From positions 1 to 38,487 of the IMG/VR virus record IMGVR_UViG_3300012919_000017: 38,487 nucleotides of DNA. One strand, written 5' to 3'. Below are positions 1-8,186 of the stretch, one piece after another. The translations under genes were made by a program, and so were the position numbers. The stretch comes from a virus (lineage: Duplodnaviria > Caudoviricetes). The notes beneath the pieces were generated by a model. The model saw only the letters and a list, made by a program, of their open reading frames with translations, was not told the origin of the DNA and ran no database searches. The first letter of the stretch is position 1; each line of letters opens with the position of its first letter.

Positions 1-464
1 AAATAATTACCTGCGGAACAATCAACATCATTTGCTCCCATTGCTGTAATATTACCAGAATAAGGACCAGTTACTTTTGTTCCTGCATTCTGATGAGTTG
101 CTGCAGCAAATGTCGATACTCCAGCAGTTACGTTTATACCTTTTCTTGCAGTTATAAGTCCAACTGAATCTATATTTGTTACGTCATCATATGTTAATGT
201 CCCACCAATACTTACATTACCACTAAAACTACCAGTAACAGCACTAACTGTTCCCGAAGATGTAACGTTTCCTGCACCAACTGTGCCTACAGTAATATTC
301 GGAGTTCCCGTTAAACTAGTTGCTGGAACATTGGTAAGATTAGCACCAGAACCAGCAAAACCACCAGCAGCAGTCATGATACCAGTTACGGTAGCACCTA
401 GAGGAAAATCAGGACCACCAGACGCATTTTTGTTAACTAATTTGTCAGCTCTAATTCTTGACAT
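1..464 (-). CDS. Short tail-fibre subunit, partial (runs off the left edge); paralogue of 3087..4130
   Basis: Absent from the ORF track; translated by hand from ATG at 464: MSRIRADKLVNKNASGGPDFPLGATVTG...GGTLTYDDVTNIDSVGLITARKG...PYSGNITAMGANDVDCSAGNY. It is collinear with 3087..4130 and has a late promoter motif just upstream. Confidence 0.85.
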   Translation of the reverse strand, partial: MSRIRADKLVNKNASGGPDFPLGATVTGIMTAAGGFAGSGANLTNVPATSLTGTPNITVGTVGAGNVTSSGTVSAVTGSFSGNVSIGGTLTYDDVTNIDSVGLITARKGINVTAGVSTFAAATHQNAGTKVTGPYSGNITAMGANDVDCSAGNY

Positions 465-480
465 TATTCTAGAATCTTTT

Positions 481-491
481 TATTTATTTAG
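481..491 (-). promoter_or_regulatory. gp55-type late promoter (overlapping CTAAATA/ATAAATA)
   Basis: CTAAATAAATA on the minus strand, about 17 nt upstream of ATG 464; resembles the T4 late consensus TATAAATA. Confidence 0.65.
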
Positions 492-495
492 TAGG

Positions 496-3081
496 TTAAG
501 CATGAGCATAATATATGTATTTTTGTCCTGAAGCGTTTACACTTGAGTAATTTTGATTAATAGTAAATCCAGTCGATGACGTTGCAAATACATCAGCACC
601 AGAAGTATCTTGTGCATTATTAGCTTGAAGTTGTAGATAAGGATCAGCACCAGAACCCAATCCTCTTAATGAATCATAAGTAAACCAACCATTAGCAGCA
701 TTAGTTGTCTTTATAATTAAAAATCTAGGGGTAAAACCAGTTGTAATAACATGTCCAGCAGATCCTGTGCCATCATAATAACCACACTTGCTGATGCCGT
801 CAACGCTGGCGAAGAGGTAAGCTAGATATTCTTTACCATCTTGGTTAGTTTGAGGATGAGTAAATCCTACTGAAAAATGAGTAGATGTTGGTGCAGTGTC
901 ATACCAGAAAGTATTATCAATATTCTGACCAGTTGTATTTAAAGTTAAATAGTACTGCTCAGGATTAGTGCCGCCATTTGCACCTTTATGATATACAGCC
1001 CAGTTTTCTGTAACATTTGTTCTATTCTTAACCCATATCATTTCTGGGACTGCGTTCAATGAGTGCGGTATTTGTCTACCTTGAAATTCTTGCCCTAGAT
1101 AAGTCACCACATCCATTCCAGCGTGACGTTTCCACATCCAAGACTGATAGTTACTTGGCATACTTATTGCCCATCCATTATTATAGTCATCATAATAATA
1201 ACTATGAGGATTTTCTTCTTTGTCAGCTGAGTTTGTCCTCACGTATCTCCTACCAGTCAAACGTGTTGTTGTAGCCCAACTATCACCACCTGCAAATTCC
1301 CTATTAAGAGCAAAATCAACGGCAAAATTAGCATCAAACGCTGGTCCTGAAGAACTACTATTCCCCGTATCCATAGCGAATACATCCGTACCAAGTTCGG
1401 GAGGTTTGCCAACGTATCCATCAGGTCTTCGGATTGCCATGTAGACGTAATTCTGACTTGATCCATTGACAGCATTAGTACTACCATGAGTCAACTTAAA
1501 TCCTGTTGACGTAAATTCAAGTGGATTCCAAGTCTCTTCTGCAGCAGTAGTATTTGGCTTAAAAGGCTTATCATCACCACCAGCAACTACGCCTCTCATG
1601 GAGTCCAACATGTACCAATTATAAGATGCTGATGATTCGAGTTTAATCAACAACCATTGCGGTTCCCATCCTAAATAAACATCTGGTCCGTCAGACGATC
1701 CATTTCCAATATAACTACCGCATTTGATTATATTTTGATCTCCTTCCTCACCAAACTGGAAACCTTCTGGATCATCGAAGGGGCTATCTGTGCTTGCTGT
1801 TGATCCATAATTAGTAATCGTTCCAGGAGTTACAGTTGAACCTGTGGTAGATGAGTTATTGCAACATAGAAGTTTAGTATTAGTTATATCTGTTAAAGGG
1901 TTAGTAGTTGGTGTAAATGATGATGTATAAACTGCTGTTCCTTTAACTAAACGGAAATTAGATATTTTACCGTTGAAATAATAACCATCACTTCTTCTTC
2001 CAATGTCAAATGGACCAGATGAATTAGGCACATTAGGGGCTGGATTAGAGGATCCATCTGTGCTTGCCACTCCGTTTATATACCAAGTAGGTGTTCCATT
2101 ATTATTGACAAAAGCAACATGAGTCCATTGACCTTCTTTTATTGAATTTGCAGCAGATTGATGTGCTGAATTACCATCATAGTATTGCATATGATCTGGT
2201 CCGTCACCACGTATAGCTATATACCAATCGGGGTTTCTTTGACTACATATCATTCCATAGTAACCACTCTGTATAGTTCCAGGGTCTGGGTAAATCCAAG
2301 CTTCAATAGTAAATGAAGTACCAAGATCAAAATCATCATTATCAGGAATACTTAAATAATCATTACTGCCATCGAACTCAACAGATCTTGCAGTCGCAGC
2401 AGTTGATGCACCTCCTGCGAATAGGTAGGCGATGTTTGTGCTACCACTAGAGTTATGAGCAGTATAACTTCCAAGAGTAAATGTACTTGCTGTGGGTTCT
2501 GTATTATTCCATCTTGAGCTGCTTGTAGAACTACCATCAGTTGCATCTAAACGTAATGCTTTTGTTGCTCCTAATGACCTATGAAAAACAATCCAATCTC
2601 CATGAGAATCAATACGTTTCGTCAGTATTAAGCCAGGAACACATCCTAAATTATGGTTGATAGTTTGATTACTACCTGTCCCTGTGTAGGTAACAACATC
2701 AAAGAAACCAGGTGCCTTGCGGAATGTCCATGAGGCCAAATCTGCATTTGTTTCGTTAACATTGCCTCCAGTACCAACAGTAAATCCTGTACTTGTGAAT
2801 GACTTTAACGCATCCACTGTAGAGGTTGTTTCTGCGTTAGAGTTGTTGCTTCTAATACCTTTACTTACACCTCTGACAGTATCCGTTAAATAATTTGCTG
2901 TTGTATTATCTCGGTTTTTTACCCACACCAAACCCCCCTCACCTGCTAAGTCAATATTATTTGTAACGACTCTATTATCACTACCATTTCCTCTATACAA
3001 ATAAGTGGAGAACACATCGTCAACAAATGTGGAATCTTTCTTTCCACCAGAGGACATCAATAATTTTCTTGCTATAGACAT
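496..3081 (-). CDS. Tail-fibre tip / putative receptor-binding protein with repeated beta modules and an internal LamG/ConA-like lectin domain
   Basis: 861 aa. Repeated 'DVVTY.G...I.H.L...P.(L/M)IW.K.R' and 'KCG.Y.G.G....GF/W.P..L.IK' modules. LamG-like segment SVEFDG..DYL...FTIEAWIY...WTHVAFV...YINGV...FNGKISNFRLVKG at about 1850-2390. Confidence 0.8.
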   Translation of the reverse strand: MSIARKLLMSSGGKKDSTFVDDVFSTYLYRGNGSDNRVVTNNIDLAGEGGLVWVKNRDNTTANYLTDTVRGVSKGIRSNNSNAETTSTVDALKSFTSTGFTVGTGGNVNETNADLASWTFRKAPGFFDVVTYTGTGSNQTINHNLGCVPGLILTKRIDSHGDWIVFHRSLGATKALRLDATDGSSTSSSRWNNTEPTASTFTLGSYTAHNSSGSTNIAYLFAGGASTAATARSVEFDGSNDYLSIPDNDDFDLGTSFTIEAWIYPDPGTIQSGYYGMICSQRNPDWYIAIRGDGPDHMQYYDGNSAHQSAANSIKEGQWTHVAFVNNNGTPTWYINGVASTDGSSNPAPNVPNSSGPFDIGRRSDGYYFNGKISNFRLVKGTAVYTSSFTPTTNPLTDITNTKLLCCNNSSTTGSTVTPGTITNYGSTASTDSPFDDPEGFQFGEEGDQNIIKCGSYIGNGSSDGPDVYLGWEPQWLLIKLESSASYNWYMLDSMRGVVAGGDDKPFKPNTTAAEETWNPLEFTSTGFKLTHGSTNAVNGSSQNYVYMAIRRPDGYVGKPPELGTDVFAMDTGNSSSSGPAFDANFAVDFALNREFAGGDSWATTTRLTGRRYVRTNSADKEENPHSYYYDDYNNGWAISMPSNYQSWMWKRHAGMDVVTYLGQEFQGRQIPHSLNAVPEMIWVKNRTNVTENWAVYHKGANGGTNPEQYYLTLNTTGQNIDNTFWYDTAPTSTHFSVGFTHPQTNQDGKEYLAYLFASVDGISKCGYYDGTGSAGHVITTGFTPRFLIIKTTNAANGWFTYDSLRGLGSGADPYLQLQANNAQDTSGADVFATSSTGFTINQNYSSVNASGQKYIYYAHA

Positions 3082-3086
3082 AATAT

Positions 3087-4130
3087 TTAATTAGTATAAT
3101 CTACAAGTGAACTACCTCTCCATCGTGTTCCACCATTATCTGTTACAAATACAAACATTTGAGTCTTACCATCTGTAATTGTTGGTGCAGTGTCTTTTGG
3201 CCACTTAACTGAACCTGGCCATGTTACTGCATTGGAACCATTCAATGTCAATTCCATTACAAATCCATATGCAACTCCTGATGCTGGAACATTGTCGAAT
3301 GTAAATGTTGTTGCCCCTGATATAGTCTTTGTAAAGTAATTTCCTATTCGACAATCAACAGAGTTTGCACCCATTGCGGTGACATTTGATGACTCTGCAG
3401 ACATCGAACTGTTAGAACTTGTATTGACCGCATTACCCATATAGCCGTGATTTACGCATTGGTAGTGCAGCACCGTAGGAGTATAATCATTAACAACTAT
3501 CTGGGTATATGCTCCAGAACTACCTGCAGTTCCGTTGTAAGTTACACCACCCTCATATAGTCCTGTTTTATCTGCATTTAGATAGAACTTTATTGGATGG
3601 TTTGCATTACTACCATCTGCCTGATCAAACTTGTAAGTTCTACCTGGTGTTAAAGTAATATAAGGTGATTGCGTTCCATCTACAACATATCCTAAAGCAC
3701 TTCCTGTTCCAAAATATCTGTGCTCTCCATTAACTTTAGAGGCAACTGTAACTGTAAGTGTTGTGGTTGTCCCACTATAAGGAGCAACTAATTGATTATA
3801 TCCTTTAATACTACCAGATGTTATATCAATATTTCCAGAAGTTACTTTAATTCCATTTCTTGCAGTTACAACACCAACAGAGTCTATATTAGTTACGTCT
3901 TCATATGTTAATGTTCCTCCAATAGTAACGTTACCACCAAAAGTTCCAACTCCAGTTACATTAAGATTTCCCAGAGTTCCTACATCAGTTGCAGTCACCC
4001 CCGTAAGGTTTGCACCACTACCAGTAAAACTTGTAGCAGTTACAACACCAGTGACAATAGCACCTTTAGGTAGATTAGGAGCACCATCTCCTTCTTGGTT
4101 GTATACGTTTGTTACCCAAAGTTCAGACAT
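3087..4130 (-). CDS. Tail-fibre subunit with an inserted cupredoxin-like domain and a conserved C-terminal 'WP' domain
   Basis: 347 aa. Cyanophage fibre motif GGTLTYEDVTNIDSVGVVTARNG; H178...C225-x2-H228-x2-M231; C-terminus VTWPGSVKWPKDTAPT...FVFVT. Confidence 0.8.
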   Translation of the reverse strand: MSELWVTNVYNQEGDGAPNLPKGAIVTGVVTATSFTGSGANLTGVTATDVGTLGNLNVTGVGTFGGNVTIGGTLTYEDVTNIDSVGVVTARNGIKVTSGNIDITSGSIKGYNQLVAPYSGTTTTLTVTVASKVNGEHRYFGTGSALGYVVDGTQSPYITLTPGRTYKFDQADGSNANHPIKFYLNADKTGLYEGGVTYNGTAGSSGAYTQIVVNDYTPTVLHYQCVNHGYMGNAVNTSSNSSMSAESSNVTAMGANSVDCRIGNYFTKTISGATTFTFDNVPASGVAYGFVMELTLNGSNAVTWPGSVKWPKDTAPTITDGKTQMFVFVTDNGGTRWRGSSLVDYTN

Positions 4131-4152
4131 TTGCTTCTAAGTCTCCGTGTTA

Positions 4153-4159
4153 TATTTAG
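4153..4159 (-). promoter_or_regulatory. Late promoter CTAAATA overlapping the upstream stop codon
   Basis: CTAAATA about 22 nt upstream of ATG 4130. Confidence 0.6.
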
Positions 4160-4875
4160 ATGAATAAGTTCAATACATCCATTGCCAAAGTGCTTCCTGA
4201 CCCTACATGTAAGGTGGCACCAACAGCAACGTGAATTCTACCTAATTTTGTGAAGGCAACACCTCCATCACCAGCACTCACATCAATAAAGAGTGAACTT
4301 CCTGCTGATATAGTAGTATTTCTTGGTGTAGTAAAGATTTGAGAACCAGGTTCTGTCTTAACTTCACTAAGAGCAGTTCCAAGTCCACCTCCTCCACCAC
4401 CAGCAATACTAATATTAACACTATCTCCATCTACTGCAAAGGTATTACCAGTTCCTACAAAGTTTAGTGTCTTTGCATTTCCTATGCTTGTTCCTGCAGA
4501 ACTAACCCCTACAGTAGCACCAGTGACAGTTCCATTAAAGGTAGCATTTCCATTAACAACTAAATCAGTTCCAACGGTAAAATCTGCAACTGAAGAATTA
4601 ACAAATCCTAAATTAAATGCTTTATATGCAACTAACTCAAGAGTATCTAATGAAATAGCAGCAGTTGTAAGACCAACTGTTGAACCATCAGAAGCAGTAT
4701 AATCATTACCTTCAATTAACTTGACACCGTTCAGATAAGCATCAATAAGTCCAACAGTATAACCAGAGTTAAACGTAAAATTCGTTTGAACCCCTGTAGG
4801 ATTATAATGCTGCCTAGCAATCGTTACCGACGAATCACCAGGTGCTCTTCCAATATAACCGCTTCTGTCTGCCAT
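4156..4875 (-). CDS. Tail-fibre connector/structural protein
   Basis: 239 aa. N-terminal GYIG motif, 'DAYLNGVKL...DYTASDGSTVGL' beta module, G/T/V-rich fibre segment; TAATG coupling to the upstream gene. Confidence 0.7.
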   Translation of the reverse strand: MADRSGYIGRAPGDSSVTIARQHYNPTGVQTNFTFNSGYTVGLIDAYLNGVKLIEGNDYTASDGSTVGLTTAAISLDTLELVAYKAFNLGFVNSSVADFTVGTDLVVNGNATFNGTVTGATVGVSSAGTSIGNAKTLNFVGTGNTFAVDGDSVNISIAGGGGGGLGTALSEVKTEPGSQIFTTPRNTTISAGSSLFIDVSAGDGGVAFTKLGRIHVAVGATLHVGSGSTLAMDVLNLFI

Positions 4876-5414
4876 TAGTTAACTCCTGTCAGAATGCTTA
4901 GGTTTACGTCAATACCACCATTAGTATCACAAAATACTTTAATTTTATCATCACCTTCTAATACTGTTTTACCAGCATCACTAATAACAAAAGAACTACC
5001 TGCGGGAACAGGAATTTTGCTTGCTAATAATGCATCAACTGAAGCACTGTTATCATTAACAACAACTGTTAAATTAACTTGGTTATTAGTAGTGTTAGCA
5101 AAAGTTCCACCAATCAAAATACTCTTCGTAGCAGAAGGAGAACTATAAACATTAGTTGGGGTTAAAAATTTAACTGTTTGACTTGTTGCTGATGCTGTAT
5201 TAGTTGAAGCACGATCAACAGTAACCTGTCCAACACCAACAACAGTTACTTTAGTTCCAGCAATGTGGTTGGTATTGTCAACCAAATCACCTACAGCAAC
5301 ACCTCCTGTTGAGATACCAGTAATTGTGTTGGCTAATGCACCAATAGAACCTGCGGAACTTGTGGTCACAACTCCGACTGCTCTTGCTAATTTATTTGAA
5401 AACTGTTCTGCCAT
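4875..5414 (-). CDS. Small fibre-associated adaptor protein
   Basis: 179 aa. 'YSSPSATKSILIG..FAN...IPVPAGSSF...KTVLEGDDKIKV...V.LSIL' pattern, seen in marine phage genes that follow fibres ending in 'AIALG'. Confidence 0.65.
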   Translation of the reverse strand: MAEQFSNKLARAVGVVTTSSAGSIGALANTITGISTGGVAVGDLVDNTNHIAGTKVTVVGVGQVTVDRASTNTASATSQTVKFLTPTNVYSSPSATKSILIGGTFANTTNNQVNLTVVVNDNSASVDALLASKIPVPAGSSFVISDAGKTVLEGDDKIKVFCDTNGGIDVNLSILTGVN

Positions 5415-5433
5415 TGTTTTTCTGTGTTAATTT

Positions 5434-5440
5434 TATTTAT
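5434..5440 (-). promoter_or_regulatory. Late promoter ATAAATA
   Basis: Directly after the stop of 5440..5991 and about 20 nt upstream of ATG 5414. Confidence 0.55.
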
Positions 5441-5991
5441 TAACCGCCAAGAGCGATTGCAAGACCAAGCGATACACCTGGTGGAGGAAGATAAAAATTC
5501 CCCTGATTGCCATCAACATCAGAGGTTAATCCTATTCCAACCAGATTTAAAGAAGTAATACCACTTCCAATTACAGTGCCACCAGACTGAATACCAATTG
5601 CTGCTGTTAATCCTGGTGCTAATCCTGTTAATCCAGAACCATCTCCAAAATATGCAGCACTTGCACCAGTGACAACACCGACTGTTGATACTCCAGTAAC
5701 AATTAAATTATTAAGTGTAGAAATACCCGATATGTTAAGGTTTCTACCTGTAACCTCATCGTAACTTATATCTCCAGTAACGTTTAAGTTACCTAAGATA
5801 TTAACGTCACTAAGAAAAGTAGCAATACCAGTGACTTGTGCCTCTGTTACTCCTATTCCACCTAATACATGGAGGGTGTAGCTTGCAACCGAAGTTCCAA
5901 TGCCTACTCTTTGATTGTTTACGTCTGCGACTAAAAGGTTATCGTTAACCTCTAGTCCATTCTTGACAACAAAATTCTTATTTACTGCCAT
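5440..5991 (-). CDS. Short tail-fibre protein (proximal segment)
   Basis: 183 aa. N-terminus MAVNKNFVVKNGLEV, RVGIGT motif, GISTL/GIATF repeats, YFGDGSGLTGL, C-terminus LGLAIALGG. Confidence 0.75.
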   Translation of the reverse strand: MAVNKNFVVKNGLEVNDNLLVADVNNQRVGIGTSVASYTLHVLGGIGVTEAQVTGIATFLSDVNILGNLNVTGDISYDEVTGRNLNISGISTLNNLIVTGVSTVGVVTGASAAYFGDGSGLTGLAPGLTAAIGIQSGGTVIGSGITSLNLVGIGLTSDVDGNQGNFYLPPPGVSLGLAIALGG

Positions 5992-6025
5992 TTCGGGTTC
6001 ACTCTCCCCCGTGCATAGTTTTAGT

Positions 6026-6032
6026 TATTTAG
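6026..6032 (-). promoter_or_regulatory. Late promoter CTAAATA followed by a GC-rich leader
   Basis: CTAAATA 35 nt upstream of ATG 5991. Confidence 0.6.
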
Positions 6033-8186
6033 CTAATTTACAACTCTGATAACCACTTTAGCATCAGTTGTGCTTCCACCCAACCTAGTACTAACAAGTG
6101 TTACAGATCCATCAGTATATCCACTACCTCCACCGCCTCCTCCTCGGAACCCACCACCATCTCCACCTTCACATCCATTTCCACCATTTCCTCCTTTTAC
6201 ATTACCTCTTTCACCAGCAGTTTGTATTATACTGTAACCTGCCTTATATCCTCTCTCAATGGTTGCTGTATTAGTTACTTCGTTACCATCCGATAATCTA
6301 AATTTAACACTAGACCCAACATCAGAACACGCACTAACTCCTTGCTGTCTCCAATAAGTTCCTGCTGGACAAGAAACCGTTTTACCGCCAGAAGCACCTG
6401 TATTTTGACTATCGCCTGGATATAGTATTGGTGATTGATACAAACTACCAAAGGTTCCATTCGATGATAAGGTTCCTGCTGAAACAAACCCACCAGCAGT
6501 TCCTCCATTACCAAACCCATCCTGTCCACCAACGTTGATACCACCACCGTCTCCACCATCAGCAAATTCTCCAGCAGCACCACCTTGACCAACACATGCA
6601 ATTAGTTGTGCCTTTCTGAAGATAAAGGGAGTATTGATTGGTGCGGTTAATCCTGTTATAACATATTCTTCATTTTGATTCATTGTAAACTGAATAGTAG
6701 AAAAACCACCTTCTCCACCACTATTAGATCCAAAACTATCACCCTTTCCTCCAAATAAATCTATTTCAACAGTCATATCTTTATCTGGAGAATATATGCT
6801 ATAAGCAAAAGTATTAACTCCAACAACGGAAGTTGTTGTTGCATTAAATGCATATCCAACATCAGTGCTTAATCCCACCTCAGACACATCTGCCGTGGTT
6901 GAATCAGGTGATATTGCTTCTATTCTCAGATTGTTAACTTCTGCAAGAGAATTAACATCATATTCAACCTCATCAGATTTAATTGGAGAATTGGAAGCAC
7001 TAGCAGATGATATAATACAATTAGCAGTATATCCAATACCAGAATTATCACTAGTCAGAGTTAAAGCAGAAGTTGTCGCACCAGATATAGTTGTAGTAAC
7101 TGCTATTCCTGATGATGATGTTTTTGTTTTTGTTCCATCTGATACATTATCGCCATCCAATTGCCATTGAAAAGTTAAGTCATCAGTAAAAGATGAGTCA
7201 CTTAATGTTGCACCAATTGAAATAACTGCAGGGACATTAGGAAATGTTGATGTAATGCCAGGTTGAGATGTGATCTCAATTAGTGGTGTTACAGTAACTG
7301 TTGCTATTCCAGAATTAAATGGTTCATTTGGAGCATTACCTGTAGAACTTATACTCACATCAGTTTGAGGATCATAATCTGCTTCTAAGAAAAATCTTCT
7401 ACCATTATCAGTCGGTGTTACCAAGTTTGATATTGTAAGAGTTGTAGTCGCCGTTCCTGTTGTACGACTATCATCAGATAATTTACCTACACCTTCTTCG
7501 TACCATTGAAATTTAATTGATCCTTTATTTGTTGGTGCAGGATCTCCAACCAATTCAGTAATAAATGGTTCTATATACTCCTCAAAATAAGCAGTAGGGT
7601 TTGATGATTGTTCTACTCTTAATCCAGCATTGCTACATTTATCTAAAAATAAATTTAAAGATGCTTGCACATTAGCGGGAGTCAAACTCCCAGAACTATC
7701 AACCCATAATGTAACTAATGATCCTGTTGGAAGAGATGATAATGCAGCTAAATCAAACCAATCACTTGCATTCTCTGTATTACCCTCATCTCTATTAACA
7801 TTAAACTTTGTAAAATTTGTTATAGGTGCAGCACCCGTTCCAATACCTGTTGGTGTTTTAACAAAGAAACCACCAGAATTTGGAACATCCATCAAATAAA
7901 ATTTTCTATTTGGATGTGCTGCATAAAAATTATTCCAATCTTGATCGACACTAAATTGAGTGCTTGCTGTATTTTCATCTATAACAGAAATACATGGAGG
8001 ATTAAATGCAGATGTGCCTGTTGGATTAAAATCAACAGTTGATATTCCAACTAATGAAACAGTAGAACCAGTTGTTCCTCCAATCCTAGTTCCTATACCA
8101 GTTACACTCTGTGGTTGAGTATCAAAAGACAAATAAGGACCATTGAGATCCAAATTTGTCTGTTTATTTGAAAAACTATTTTTCAT
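6033..8186 (-). CDS. Putative fibre-tip adhesin: VWA-like insert, two Ig-like domains and a C-terminal glycine-rich domain
   Basis: 717 aa. WVDSSGS (DxSxS MIDAS-like); 'FQWY' and 'FQWQ...ISGATTSALTL' Ig-like motifs; C-terminal GGxGG tracts; TAATG coupling to the upstream gene. Confidence 0.7.
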   Translation of the reverse strand: MKNSFSNKQTNLDLNGPYLSFDTQPQSVTGIGTRIGGTTGSTVSLVGISTVDFNPTGTSAFNPPCISVIDENTASTQFSVDQDWNNFYAAHPNRKFYLMDVPNSGGFFVKTPTGIGTGAAPITNFTKFNVNRDEGNTENASDWFDLAALSSLPTGSLVTLWVDSSGSLTPANVQASLNLFLDKCSNAGLRVEQSSNPTAYFEEYIEPFITELVGDPAPTNKGSIKFQWYEEGVGKLSDDSRTTGTATTTLTISNLVTPTDNGRRFFLEADYDPQTDVSISSTGNAPNEPFNSGIATVTVTPLIEITSQPGITSTFPNVPAVISIGATLSDSSFTDDLTFQWQLDGDNVSDGTKTKTSSSGIAVTTTISGATTSALTLTSDNSGIGYTANCIISSASASNSPIKSDEVEYDVNSLAEVNNLRIEAISPDSTTADVSEVGLSTDVGYAFNATTTSVVGVNTFAYSIYSPDKDMTVEIDLFGGKGDSFGSNSGGEGGFSTIQFTMNQNEEYVITGLTAPINTPFIFRKAQLIACVGQGGAAGEFADGGDGGGINVGGQDGFGNGGTAGGFVSAGTLSSNGTFGSLYQSPILYPGDSQNTGASGGKTVSCPAGTYWRQQGVSACSDVGSSVKFRLSDGNEVTNTATIERGYKAGYSIIQTAGERGNVKGGNGGNGCEGGDGGGFRGGGGGGSGYTDGSVTLVSTRLGGSTTDAKVVIRVVN

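Noticed and set aside
1-4130. Similar nucleotide blocks (about 145-225 versus 3855-3938) as a diversity-generating retroelement TR/VR pair or invertible cassette
   Set aside because: Both copies are in coding paralogues with mostly synonymous differences that are not adenine-specific; no reverse transcriptase, invertase or flanking inverted sites are in the window.
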